Shown here: positions 42,701-54,371 of the stretch, in pieces
Numbering within the stretch: position 1 is the stretch's first letter
Layout of the letters: each line of letters opens with the position of its first letter
DNA from: an uncultured Acidobacteriota bacterium
Lineage (GTDB): Bacteria > Acidobacteriota > Polarisedimenticolia > J045
Reading direction: 5' to 3'
DNA: 64,000 bases
NCBI GenBank assembly: GCA_963702425.1
Contig: CAVPCQ010000018.1
Location: forward strand, 128,001-192,000
The notes under the pieces: model-generated
What the model saw: only the letters and a program-made list of their open reading frames with translations
Databases searched by the model: none
What the model was told of the DNA's origin: nothing
Position numbers and translations under genes: made by a program

Positions 42701-43006
42701 GTGGGAAAGAGCGTGAGTCAGATCCTGGAGTCGGCACCGTTCAAGGAACTCGTGCGCAAGAAGTGGAGCATCTCGATCATCCTGACGATCCTGCTCTTCA
42801 TCGTGTACTACGGCTACATCCTCCTGATCGGGTACAACAAGCCGCTCATGGCGGGAAAGATCGGGACCGGCGCGACGACGCTGGGCATTCCCCTCGGCGT
42901 GCTGACGATCCTCGGCGCGTGGGTGCTCACCGCGATCTACGTCGTGTGGGCGAACAGGGTCTACGATCCCGAAGTGAAGCGCCTTCGGGACGAACTCCAC
43001 AAGTAG
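42701..43006 (+). CDS. DUF485 (YjcH-like) small membrane protein
   Basis: FKELVRKK, two TM helices and YVVWANRVYD; directly upstream of actP. Confidence 0.88.
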   Translation: MGKSVSQILESAPFKELVRKKWSISIILTILLFIVYYGYILLIGYNKPLMAGKIGTGATTLGIPLGVLTILGAWVLTAIYVVWANRVYDPEVKRLRDELHK

Positions 43007-43021
43007 GCCGGGGAGGAGACC

Positions 43022-44607
43022 ATGCAGAATCCAGCCGCTCCCGCCGTGCAGGCCGCCGCCGACGCCGCGACGAGCTCGCTCGGAACGCCGACCGCCTCCG
43101 CGATGATCTTCTTCTTCATCATCGTCGGCCTGACCCTCGCCATCACCTACTGGGCCGCCAAACGCACCAAGTCGACCAAGGAGTTCTACGCCGCCAACCG
43201 CAGCGTCAGCGCCTTCCAGAACGGCCTCGCGCTCGCCGGCGACTACATGAGCGCGGCGTCGTTCCTGGGGATCGCCGGGATGGTGGCCCTCAAGGGCTAT
43301 GACGGCATGATCTACGCCACCGGCTGGCTCGTCGGCTGGCCGGCGCTGATGTTCCTGATCGCGGAACCGCTGCGCAATCTCGGCAAGTACACTTTCGCCG
43401 ACGTCGTCGCATTCCGCCTGCGCCAGGGGCCCGTTCGCATCGCCTCGGCGATCGGCGGCATCCTGACGGTGATCGCCTACACGATCGCCCAGATGGTCGG
43501 CGCCGGGAACCTGATCGCGCTGATGTTCGGCATCGATTACAAGCTGGCGGTGCTCGGCGTCGGCGCGGTCATGCTGCTCTACGTGCTCTTCGGCGGGATG
43601 CTCGCGACGACCTGGGTCCAGATCATCAAGGCCGTCCTGCTGCTCTGCGGCGTGACCTTCCTGATGCTCCTGGCGATGTCGCACTTCCACTTCAGCCCGG
43701 GCGCGCTCTATCAGGCGGTCGCCGGACAAGGTCGGGCAGCCGGCGCTGGAGCCGGGCGGCCTCGTCACCAACCCGCTCGACGCGATCTCGCTGGGGCTGG
43801 CCCTGATGTTCGGCCTGCTCGGCCTGCCGCACATCCTGATGCGCTTCTACACCGTGCCGGACGCCAAGGCCGCTCGCACCTCGGTGCTCTACGCGACCGG
43901 GTTCATCGGCTACTTCTACATCATCATCCCGCTCGTCGGCTTCTCGGCGTCGGTGCTGGTCGGCCGCGACGTCATCTCGAAGTACGACAAGGGCGGGAAC
44001 ATGGCCGCGCCCCTCCTGGCCGAGCAGCTGGGCGGCACGCCGTTCCTCGGGTTCATCGCCGCGGTGGCGTTCGCCACGATCCTGGCGGTGGTGGCCGGCC
44101 TGACGCTGGCCGGCGCCTCGGCCTACTCGCACGACATCTACGTCTCGGTGATCAAGAAGGGCAAGGCGACCGAGCAGCAGCAGGTCAGCGCGGCCAAGCT
44201 CGCGACGGTCGTTTTCGGGGTCGTCGCCGTGTTGCTGGGGATGGCCTTCCGAGGGCCAGAACGTCGCGTTCATGGTGGGCCTGGCGTTCGCCATCGCCTG
44301 CAGCGCCAACTTCCCCGCGCTGCTGCTCTCGATCGTGTGGAAGAAGTTCACGACCCAGGGCGCGTTCTGGTCGATCCTGACCGGCGCGTTCCTGGCGGTG
44401 ACGCTGATCATCCTCAGCCCCACCGTCTGGGTCGAGGTCTTCAAGAACAAGGAAGCGATCTTCCCGCTCAAGAACCCGGCGATCGTCTCGATGACCGCCT
44501 CGTTCATCGTCGCCATCGTCGTCTCGTTGATGACGAAGGAGACGACCGCGGAGGAGATGTTCGAGGACGAGAAGCTCCGCGCCTACCTGGGCGTTGGAGC
44601 GGAATGA
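43022..44607 (+). CDS. actP: Cation/acetate symporter, SSS family (frameshifts ~43730 and ~44250)
   Basis: [52 protein letters not shown] and [11 protein letters not shown]. Confidence 0.9.
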
Positions 44608-44619
44608 CGCAAGATCGCT

Positions 44620-44650
44620 GCGGGGGCGCGCGCGAAGCGTGCGCCCCCGC
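44620..44650 (+). terminator. Hairpin after actP
   Basis: GCGGGGGCGCGCGC-GAA-GCGTGCGCCCCCGC. Confidence 0.55.
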
Positions 44651-44659
44651 ACCCTTCCC

Positions 44660-44685
44660 GTAGGGGCCGGCCTCTGTGCCGGCCC
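44660..44685 (+). repeat. GTAG-type REP palindrome
   Basis: Identical to 11143-11168. Confidence 0.8.
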
Positions 44686-44712
44686 GGAGGGTCTACACCG
44701 AGGGAGGTCTCG

Positions 44713-46203
44713 TTGCACCCTCGCGCGATCGTCCTCACCGGCGCCTCGGGCTTCATCGGCCGCCATTTCCTCGAGGCGGTCCAGGGACAGTACCCGGTCT
44801 TCGCGATCGCCCGCCGCTCCCAGGCCCAGTGCGGCGCGCCGGTGCACCCCGCGATCCGCTGGATCCAGCTCGACCTGACCCGCGAGGCCGACACGCTCGA
44901 CGTGTTCCGGCGCATCGAGGCGGCCGGCGGTGCGGAGGCGGTGCTGCACCTCGCCGGCTACTACGACTTCACCGGCCGCGAGAGTCCCCACTACGGGAAC
45001 GTCAACGTGGATGGGACGCGCCACGTGCTCGAAGGGGCGCGGCTCGCGGGGATCCCGCGCTTCGTCTTCGCCAGCTCGGTCGCCGCCTGCCAGTTTCCGC
45101 GGCCCGGGAGCGCGCTCACCGAGACCTCGCCTCCCGACGGCGACACCCCCTACGCGGCGAGCAAGCGCGCGGCGGAGCAGCTCGTCGCGGCCCGCGCCGC
45201 GGACTTCCGCACCGGGATCGTGCGCCTCGCGGCGGTCTTCTCCGACTGGTGCGAGTACGAACCGCTGTTCCGTTTCGTCGAGACCTGGCTCTCGCCGTCG
45301 GCGATGCACGCGCTGCTCGCCGGATGCGGACTGTCCGCCGTCCCCTACCTCCACCTGCGCGACACCGTCGACTTCTTCCGCCGGCTGGTGCTGCGGCTCG
45401 ACCATCTCCAGCACGACATCCTCCTCGCCAGCCCCGACGGCTCCACGCCGCACCGTGACCTGTACGATGCCGCCACTGCCGCGCACTACGGACAGCGCCG
45501 CCCGGCGATCTACCTGCCGAAGCCGGTCTGCTGCGCCGGGATCGCCCTGCGTCACGCCTTGGGCCGCGCGCTGGGGTCGCCTCCCTTCGAGCGCCCCTGG
45601 ATGGGCCGGATGATCGACAAGCAGCTCGCGGTCGACGCCGGCGACACGCGGGCGTGGCTCGGCTGGGCGCCGCGTGCGCGGCTGGCGGTCACGCGGCGGA
45701 TCCCGTTCCTGGTGCAGAACCGCAAGTCGCACCCGACCGAGTGGCACCGCCGGAACCACGCCGCGCTGCGGCGCGAGCGACTGCACGAGAACCTCCAGAT
45801 CCACCGCATCCTGGAGGAGCGCGCCACGGACCTCGTCGAGCGCGTCGACCGCTACCTGCTCGACCCCGCCCGGTCCCGGAACTTCCGCGACTTTCACCGC
45901 GTCGCGCCCGGGCAGCAGGCCGCGCTGCACCGCGAGTTGTTCGAGGGGCTGCTGGAGTCGCTGCGGCTCGCCGACAAGGGGGTCTTCGTCGTCGCCAGCC
46001 GGTCGTACGCGGAGCGACGGCGCGAACACGGGTTCACGGAGACCGAGGTGCGTGACGCCCTCACGGCGCTGGAGGAGTTCTGCCGCGAGGCGGTCGCGTC
46101 ACACGGCAGCGGACCGGCGTGGCGCGACGCGATCCGCGACCACGTCGACATGACGGTCCGCTTCGGAATCGACGCGGTCGAGGAGGTGTTCGAGGCACCG
46201 TAG
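44713..46203 (+). CDS. NAD-dependent epimerase/dehydratase (extended SDR) with C-terminal helical domain
   Basis: TGASGFIG, HLAG, ASS and YAASK; TTG start after a GGAGG RBS. Confidence 0.85.
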   Translation: MHPRAIVLTGASGFIGRHFLEAVQGQYPVFAIARRSQAQCGAPVHPAIRWIQLDLTREADTLDVFRRIEAAGGAEAVLHLAGYYDFTGRESPHYGNVNVDGTRHVLEGARLAGIPRFVFASSVAACQFPRPGSALTETSPPDGDTPYAASKRAAEQLVAARAADFRTGIVRLAAVFSDWCEYEPLFRFVETWLSPSAMHALLAGCGLSAVPYLHLRDTVDFFRRLVLRLDHLQHDILLASPDGSTPHRDLYDAATAAHYGQRRPAIYLPKPVCCAGIALRHALGRALGSPPFERPWMGRMIDKQLAVDAGDTRAWLGWAPRARLAVTRRIPFLVQNRKSHPTEWHRRNHAALRRERLHENLQIHRILEERATDLVERVDRYLLDPARSRNFRDFHRVAPGQQAALHRELFEGLLESLRLADKGVFVVASRSYAERRREHGFTETEVRDALTALEEFCREAVASHGSGPAWRDAIRDHVDMTVRFGIDAVEEVFEAP

Positions 46204-46209
46204 GTGACG

Positions 46210-48052
46210 CTACTCCGCGCCCTCGACCGACCCCTCCGGCGGATACGGCAGCGTCCCCTCGAAGGCCCGGATCTCCCCGTCCGTGAAGTCCGGGAACGGC
46301 AGCTCCCCCTGCTTGCGCCAGGCCTCGACCTGAGCCTCCGCGGCGCGAGTCCGCCCGGCATCGACTCCGCCGTCGCGGCCGAAGTACAACGTCTGCGACG
46401 GGAAGGCGAACCCGCTCCCCGAGCCGTGCACGACGTCGATCAGCCGCAGCAGGACGTCCTCGCGCACGGCGGCGAAGGTCGGGAAGTCGGTCGTCTTCAC
46501 GAAGCAGAAGACCTCGACGTCCAGCGACGACGGTCCGAAGCCGATGAGCCGCACCCGCGCCTGATCGCCGTGGATCATCGCGTGGGAGAGGATCAGCTTG
46601 CGGATCTCGACCAGCAGCCAGCGCAGCTGGTCGGGGGTGGTCTCGTAGCGCAGATTGAGGACCTGGTAGAGCCGGATCCGGTCGCGCGCGCCGAAGTTCT
46701 CCAGGAACTCGGTCGAGAACTGGGAATTGGGGACGGCGACGACGGTCCGGTCGACGGTGCGCAGGCGGGTCGAGCGCAGGCCGATGTCCTCGACCGTTCC
46801 CTGGAACGCGCCGACCTTGCAGAAGTCGCCGACGCGCACGGGCTGATCGAGGATCACGGAGACGCCGCCGAAGAGGTTCTCGATCGTCTTCTGAGCCGCG
46901 AAAGCGACCGCCAGGCCGGCGACCCCCGCGCCGGCGAGCAAGGCGGTCACGTTGAAGCCGTAGTTCTGGGCGATGAGGGTGCCGGCCAGCAGCAGCAGCG
47001 CGACCTTCGCGCCGCGCCGCAGCATCGGCACGAGGCTGAGCATCCCGCGGTTCCCTTCCGCCCGGTAGCGCTCCTCGGCGTGGGCCGAGAGGATGTCCGC
47101 CAGCCGCAACAGGAACCAGACGAAAGCCACCACGGCGAGCAGGCCGAGCACGAAGCTCACCCGCCGCTCTGCGATCACCGACAGGTGCAGATGTCGGCTG
47201 CCGAGCCGGAAGAGCAACAGCGCGAGGTAGAGCCGGAACGGCGGCCCGAAGGCCAGCGAGCACGTCGTCGTCGAGCCGGCTGTCGGAGAGCGCGACGAGG
47301 CGCTTCAGCGGCGAGCGCAGCGCCAGCGCGATGAACCGGGCGGCAAGCCACGCGGCCGCGGCGAGCACGATCATCCCAAGCCATTGCCACGGGGTCGAGT
47401 TGAGGATGCGCGTCGTGAGCATGAACTCCGGCAGCAGTCGATCCATCCAGGGGTAGCCGTGCTCTTCGTAGAGGGCGTCGATCACGGCGACGGTCGGTGC
47501 CGCGATCAGCCACTTCGGGTCGGGATCGTCGCTGCGCCGCTCGACCAGCACCCGGGCCTCCGACCCCTGGAGCGGCACGTTGCCGACGAGGTCGTCCGCT
47601 TCCGGCTGTCCGTCGTCCGTCGCGCCGCCCGGATCGTCGCTGAGCGCCTCGGGATCGATCCAGAGGTAGCGGTCGAGGACGAACTTCAGCCGGCGCGCCA
47701 GCACCGGTCCCTGCGCGGCGCGGGTCTCGGCCGGCAGCTCGGCGAGGTCGAGGAACTGCGCCGCACGGGTGTAGTCGCCGGCGCGCGCCGCGGCCAGGAA
47801 GCCGACCATCGCCCGGCGCGGGGTGGTGCGGTCGTGCGGGTCGAACCGGTAGGCGGACAGGCGCTTCAGCTCGAGCTGCCCGATCCCCGGTGCGGCGGCA
47901 GCGGAACCGTCAGCCGCCGGCTCGGCGGCGTTGGCGCCGGCCGGCCGGAGGAGGGGGATCCCGGGGATCTGGCCCCGCGCACCGCCCGTCGCCGCCAGGC
48001 CCAGGCAGAGCACGAAGAGCGGGTGGGAAAGGCGACGATGCGCGCGGAACAT
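46210..48052 (-). CDS. MscS-family mechanosensitive channel with periplasmic N-terminal domain (frameshift ~47250)
   Basis: LLAGAGVAGLAVAFAAQKTIENLFGG, VEDIGLRSTRLRT and FAFPSQT. The N-terminal half is in ORF 46061..48214. Confidence 0.9.
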
Positions 48053-48236
48053 GGGCGAATCTCCTCGGGCCCCGGTGCGCCGGGCGACCGGATTCTGGGC
48101 CAGCCGGCGCGGCTGGGCCAAGCGCGCCTCCCGCGGCCCCAGACCCGGCGGGAAGGGCAGGAGAGAGCCGCCCGAAACAAGAAACTTTCGTTGAACGACG
48201 TGCGCAATGTTCAATTACACCCTACATTACTTGCTG

Positions 48237-48464
48237 ATGACTCAGCTCACGCTCAACTTGGACGACGACCTGCTGGATGGGCTGATCGACCTCGCCGCCA
48301 CGGTAGGGATCGCCCTCGAAACGCTCGTACCGACGATCCTCCGTCACAGCCTCGTCGGTGAGGAGGAGCCGCCGGCCTGCGACCTGACCCTCGCCGGCTG
48401 GTTCGAGCGCGAGGCGGCGGACGCCGACCTCACGGGCTCGCTGCCGCTGTTCGGCCGTTCCTAG
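48237..48464 (+). CDS. Small ribbon-helix-helix/CopG-like protein
   Basis: MTQLTLNLDDDLLDGLIDLAATVGIALETLV shows a beta-strand then helix-helix pattern, followed by an acidic tail. Confidence 0.5.
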   Translation: MTQLTLNLDDDLLDGLIDLAATVGIALETLVPTILRHSLVGEEEPPACDLTLAGWFEREAADADLTGSLPLFGRS

Positions 48465-48569
48465 TCCGGCGGCCCCCGCCGCCCCCTTCCGGGATTAGCA
48501 TCTGCCGGCCAGGCTGCGGCCGACACCGGCCGCGGGGCCGTTCCCCGGCCCCCGATCCGCGAGGACCCC

Positions 48570-49434
48570 GTGAGAGGACCACATCCGCAGGTCACACGCG
48601 CCCCGCGGCGCCGTGGGCGGCCCCTCGCCGCCCAAGCCGACCGCTACGCGCTCTACCAGAGGTCGGTCCAGAGCCCCGATTTCGACATCGCCCTGATGAG
48701 CCGAATCTACCGCGCCCACAACGGCCGCCTGCCGCTGCTGCTGCGCGAGGATTTCTGCGGTGCTGCGGCGCTGGCCTGCGCCTGGGCCGGGTCGCGGCGC
48801 GATCGCCGGGCCTACGGGATCGACCTCGACCCCGAGCCGCTGGCCTGGGGCGCGCACCACAACTGGCAGGCCCTTCCCGAGGAGACGCGCCGCCGGGTGC
48901 AGCTCGTGCAGGGCGATGTGCGCACCGCGCGGACGCCCCGCGCCGACGTGATTGCCGCGCACAACTTCTCGTACTTCATCTTCCGCGAGCGGGAGCCGCT
49001 GCGAGACTACTTCCGGTCCGCGCGGCGGCAGCTCGCGGAGGGTGGGCTGCTCATGCTCGATGCTCTCGGCGGCTCCGACACCCAGACCGAGGACCGCAAA
49101 GAGGTCCGCCGCATCGGCGGCGGGGTGCGGTACCTCTGGGAGCAGAAACGCTACGACCCGATCTCCAACCGGGCCCTGTTCGCGATCCACTTCGCGCTTC
49201 AAGGATGGCAGTCTGCTGAAGGACGCCTTCACCTACGACTGGCGGATGTGGACGATCCCCGAGTTGCGCGAGCTGCTGGCCGAGGCGGGCTTCGCTTTCA
49301 GCGAGGTCTACTGGGAGGACACGGAGTCCGAGACCGGCGAGGGGAGCGGGGTCTTCCGCCGCCGGGAACGCGCCGGGGCCGAGGCCTGCTGGATGGCGGT
49401 GATCGCGGCGGGGGCCCGGCCGCCGGCGCGCTAG
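48570..49434 (+). CDS. Class I SAM-dependent methyltransferase (frameshift ~49195)
   Basis: LYQRSVQSP, LREDFCG, GIDLDPEPLAWG and NFSY; AFTYDWRMWTIPE follows in the next frame. Confidence 0.85.
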
Positions 49435-50168
49435 CGCCGGCCGGCGCCGAACGGTACCGCGCCCGGCCGCCGGAGCCGGGCCTCCGCGATCGTCTCCATC
49501 GTGTAGGCCTGGAGCATCCGCCGCCGATTGTCCACCGGCGTGCCGTCCGACCAACGGTCGAGCCCGCCGCCCGGGAGTACGACCATGCCGGCCAGAGCGG
49601 CGGCGGGGTCCGCCTGGATCTCCACGAACGAGAGGATGCGGCCGTCCGCTCGGAAGTAGCCCGCGTAGGTGACGTCGAAGTAGTGCCAGCCGCCGTCGTA
49701 CGAGACCAGGGCCGCGGAATGGGCCGAGGCGCCGAAGCGCGAGAAGTCCAGCCGAACCGCCTGCAGCCCGGCGCGGCGCGCCAGTTCGACGAACGCGCTG
49801 GCGCGCTGGCCGCACAGGCCGCGGATCGGCGGGACGGGGGCGTCCCGGGCGGCGGGCTCGTTCGTCGCGTTCTCGGCGACCCAGGCGGCGATCGCGATCG
49901 CCCGCTGCTCGTCGCTCAGCCCCGGGCCCAGGAGCGGCGCGACGACGGGCCACGCCCGCTCGGCCGCGGATCGGCGGGGCGCCGGGGGAGACGACCCGTT
50001 TCGCGGGGACGGGTCCGCCCCGTCCCGGCAGGCCCCGAACGCGGTCAGCGCGGCCAGCGCCGCGAGCAGGAGGGGCAAGGCGACCGCTCGGCGACGGCCG
50101 CGGCCCGGATCGAGCAGGGGACCCATGCGAGGCCAAGTTACGCCCGCGCGGGGGATCCGCACCGGCAA
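49431..50168 (-). CDS. Transglutaminase-like exported protein/lipoprotein
   Basis: Hydrophobic leader with FGAC; Cys-His-Asp pattern GLCGQRA / AHSA / WHYFD. The start is uncertain. Confidence 0.65.
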   Translation of the reverse strand: MPVRIPRAGVTWPRMGPLLDPGRGRRRAVALPLLLAALAALTAFGACRDGADPSPRNGSSPPAPRRSAAERAWPVVAPLLGPGLSDEQRAIAIAAWVAENATNEPAARDAPVPPIRGLCGQRASAFVELARRAGLQAVRLDFSRFGASAHSAALVSYDGGWHYFDVTYAGYFRADGRILSFVEIQADPAAALAGMVVLPGGGLDRWSDGTPVDNRRRMLQAYTMETIAEARLRRPGAVPFGAGRR

Positions 50169-50260
50169 CTATCCTAAATTTCTTGCGGACCTTCGTAACG
50201 CCCCGTATACGGGAGTTACCCCTTTCCACCGACTCCCTCCGCGGAGATGAAGGACGCCCG

Positions 50261-53200
50261 ATGAAGCGATGGTTCGCGCCCGCTCTGAGCCTTTTCTGCG
50301 CCGCCGTACTGGCGGCCCCCCCGGTCTTCGCGCTGGTTCCCCGAAAGGAAGCGAACCGCTTCGACGGCAAGGCGATCGAGTCTCCCGGCCTCGTGCTCGC
50401 CGTGCGTGCGATGCCGCTCGCCGAGCTGCCCGCGTCCGATACGCTGCGCCAGGGCTGGGAGCAGTTCAGCGCGCGCTACGGTGGCTGGACGGTGACGATC
50501 GACCAGCGCTCCGGCCTGCCCACGCTCGCGCTCGGTGCCGGGATTCCCTGGCTCGACGGGACCGAGTCCGACCCGCTCGCCGCGCTCGAGGCCAGGGCCC
50601 GCGCCTTCCTGGCGGAGAACCGGATCGCGCTCGGCGACTGGTCCGAGCAGCTCGTGCTCGATCGGGCGGCCTCCGGCCGCGCCTCGGACGCGCTCTGGCT
50701 CGTGACTTTCCGGCAGGCCGTGAGCGGCGTGCCGGTGGAGAGCGCGCGCTTCGACTTCCAGGTCGTGCAGGGGAACCTCGTCGCCTTCGGGGTCGAGCGC
50801 TGGGGCACGGTCCGCACGCGGACCGAGCCGCGCATCGCGGCCGCCCAGGCGAGCGAGCAGCTCTTCGCCTACCTCGAGACTTCGCCGGACGCGGTCGTGA
50901 TGCACGACGAGCCGGAGCTCCGGCTGGTCGCGGCCGATCCGCGCGGCGCGCGGGCGGGCGAGTGGATCGGACGGCGCGGCGAGGGGGTGGGCCACCTCCT
51001 CGTCTGGCGCTTCCGCTTCCACGTTCCCGGCGAGGCGGCGCGCTGGCTGGCCGACGTCGACGCGCTGACCGGCACGGTCGTGTCGCTCGCGGACGAGACC
51101 CACTACGAGCGCGTCAAGGGCGGCGTCTTCCCGATCACCTCGGACGGGGTCGGGTTCGAAGGGACCGAGCAGGCCGACATCCCGATGCCGTTCGCCGACT
51201 ACTCGGTGAATGGCGGGCCGTCACAGACGGCCAGCTCGGGCGGGCTCTTCAACTGCGGCGCGCCGGGGACTTCGATCAGCACCCGCCTGGCCGGACCGTA
51301 CGTCGTGATCGACAACCTCTGCGGGCCGGTGAGCGAATCCGCCGTCTGCGGCGAGAACCTCGACCTCCTGAGCGGCCCGGCGACGACGAACTGCACCACC
51401 CCGCCCGGCGCCTCGGCCGGCAACACGCGCAGCGCACGCAGCGCGTTCTTCCAGGTGAACCGCAACGCCGAGCGGGCCCGCGCCTGGCTCCCGGACAACA
51501 CCTGGGTGCGCAATCCAGTCGTGGTCAACGTCAACGTCAACAGCACGTGCAACGCCAGCTGGGGCGGCGAGCTCAACATGTACCGTGCCGGCAACGGCTG
51601 CCGGAACACCGCCGAGCTGCACGGCGTGCTGGTCCACGAGTGGGGCCACGGGATGGATCAGAACGACGGCGGCGGTTACGACAACACGTCGGAGGCGTAC
51701 GCCGACGTCGTCGCCGCCTACGACGCGCGGATCTCGTGCATCGGCCGCGGCTTCGACGAGGCCAGCAACTGCAGCGGGTACGGCGACGCCTGCCTCGACT
51801 GCACGGGCGTGCGCGACATCGACTGGGCCAGACGCCAGGGCAACACCGCCGTCGACGCCCCAGGGCTTCCTGACCAACAACTGCGGCGGCGGCTGCGGTC
51901 CGTGCGGCAAGGAAGAGCCACTGCGAGAGCTACGTCTCGGCCGAGGCGATGTGGGACCTTGCGGTCCGCGACCTGCCGGCATCGGGGATGAGCGCTGGCG
52001 TCGGCGTGGCAGCTGGCGGACCGGCTCTGGTTCCAGTCGCGCAAGGGCTCGGGCGGCAACGCCTACAACTGCGCGCTGCCCACCTCCGACGGGTGCGGGA
52101 CGAACAGCTGGTTCCACAAGCTGCGCGTCGCGGACGACGACGACGGAAACCTGAACAACGGCACGCCCCACGCCGCGGCGATCTTCGCGGCTTTCAGGCG
52201 CCACAACATCGCCTGCGGCACGGCGGCCGACGCGTCGAACAAGAACACCAGCGCCTGCCCGTCGCTCGCCGAGCCGACGCTGTCGGTCTCGATCGCCGAG
52301 GGCGGGCTGCGGCTCGACTGGTCCGCGGTGCCCAGCGCGGCGAAGTACCGCGTACTGCGCAACGAGTTCGGCTGCGGCCGGGCCCAGATCCCGATCGCCG
52401 AGCTGCCTTCGTCGTCGACGAGCTTCGTCGACTCCGACGTGGCCGAGCTGGTCGACGTCTCCTATCGCGTCCAGGCGGTCGGCACCAACGGCGCGTGCGA
52501 GAGCCCGGTGTCGTCGTGTCAGACGACTTCGCTGCGGCCGTTGGCCGGTCGCGTCGAGTTCACGAAGGCCGCCTTCGGCTGCGGCCAGTCCGTGACCCTG
52601 CGCGTCGTTGACGGGAACGCCGGGGCGGGACCGCTGACGGTTCGCGTCTGGTCGGACAGCGAGCAGACGCCCGAGTCGATCGACCTGACCGAGACGACGC
52701 CCGGATCCGGCCGCTTCGAGGGAACGCTCCTCGCGGGCACCGGTGCGCCGGTTGCGGGAGACGGCAGGCTCGCCTTCGCCGGCGGTGATCAGCTCACCGC
52801 GGAGTACGCCGATGCGAACGACGGCACCGGCGCGGTGCGCACCGTGGTCGGCACGTCGCTTGCGGACTGCGGCGTGGCCGCGCCGACGGGGGTCCAGGTG
52901 ACCGACATCACGGACTCCTCGGCGACGATCCGCTGGAACACCGCCGAGGGGACGACGGGGCGCGTCGAGTGGGGCTCGACGGCCGCGCTCGGGAAGGCCA
53001 CGGAGGACCCGAACCTGGCGACGGCGCACGCGGTCCCGCTGGTCGGCCTCGCGGAGTGCGGGCGGGTCTTCTTCCGGGTCGTCGCGATCGACCGCGCCGG
53101 CAACCAGACGGTGCTCAACGGCGCGGGCGGCCAGCCGTTCGCGTTCAACGTCGGGCGGATCCCGGGCTTCTTCCGAGACGATTACGAGGGGACGAACGGC

Positions 53201-54307
53201 TGGACGCTCGAGGGCGAGTGGCAGGTGGGCGGCCCGCAGGGGAAGGGGACGAACAACCCGGACCCGACCGTCGCCTTCAGCGGCGCCAGGGTGCTGGGCC
53301 ACGACCTGACCGGTCTCGGCCTGCGCCCCGGCGACTACGAGAAGAGCATGACGCAGCGCGCGATCAGCCCGGTGTTCAGTACCGCCGGGAAGACCGGGAC
53401 GCAGATCAACTTCCGCCGCTGGCTCAACGTCGCGAGCTACGCGACGGCCGCGGTCGACGTCCGGATCGGCGGCGGCGCGTGGCAGGAGGTCTGGAAGTAC
53501 AACAACGCCTTCTTCGGCCTACGCGAATCGGCGTGGAGTCAGCAGATCATCGACATCGCCTCGATCGCGGACGGAAAGAACAACGTCCAGATCGCGTTCC
53601 GGATGCAGGCGACTTCGCAGAACAGCAGCGCGTCCAGCTGGAACGTCGACCGCCTCGTCGTGCGCGAGGCGGCGGCGCCTCAGGGCGAGGCCTGCGGGGC
53701 GTGCGGCGGGGCGCCGAGCTTCGCCGGCCTGGCCTCGGCGGTCGATTCCGATCCCTGCACGACCGGCGGCAGCCTCGACCTGGCCTGGGATCCGGCGCCG
53801 GCGTGGGGTACCGGCAGCGGCGGAACCTACGCCGTCTACCGGGACACCGTGCCGAGCTTCGTCCCCAGCCCCGCCAACCGGATCGCGACGGGCCTCGCGG
53901 CGACCGCCTACAGCGACACCACGGTCGTGGCCGGGACCACCTACTACTACCTCGTGCGCGCCGAGAACGACGAGACGTGCGGCAGCGGTCCGAGCAACGG
54001 CGGGGTCGTCGAGGGGAACACCGTCTACCGTGCCGCCACGCTCACCTCGTCGCAATCGGTCCCGGTCGCGGTCGCGGCACTGCGCCTGCAGCCGCCCCTC
54101 GGAGCCGATCTTCGCGCGAGCTGGGACCCCGTCGCCGGCGCTTCGTCCTACCGGGTCTACCGTTCCGGTCTGCCGCAGGAGCCGAACTTCACCGAGGCCC
54201 GCAGCAGCTCGGCCTCGGCCCTCACGCTGGCCGGCGACGCCGCCGACGGCGCGACCTGGTTCTACAAGGTCCGGGCGGTGAACGCCTGCGGTCAGGAAGG
54301 TCCATAA
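50261..54307 (+). CDS. Large secreted zinc metalloprotease (M4/M36-like) with propeptide and FN3-like domains (frameshifts ~51850-52020)
   Basis: Signal peptide; propeptide (FRQAVSGVPV, VDALTG); VHEWGH with downstream SEAYAD; multiple FN3-like repeats. Confidence 0.82.
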
Positions 54308-54322
54308 TCACTGCTGTCTGAT

Positions 54323-54358
54323 GGGGGGCCGGCCGATCCGGCCGGCCCCCCGTTTTTT
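54323..54358 (+). terminator. Intrinsic terminator
   Basis: GGGGGGCCGGCCG-ATC-CGGCCGGCCCCCC followed by GTTTTTT. Confidence 0.85.
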
Positions 54359-54371
54359 GTCGAAGGAGGGG

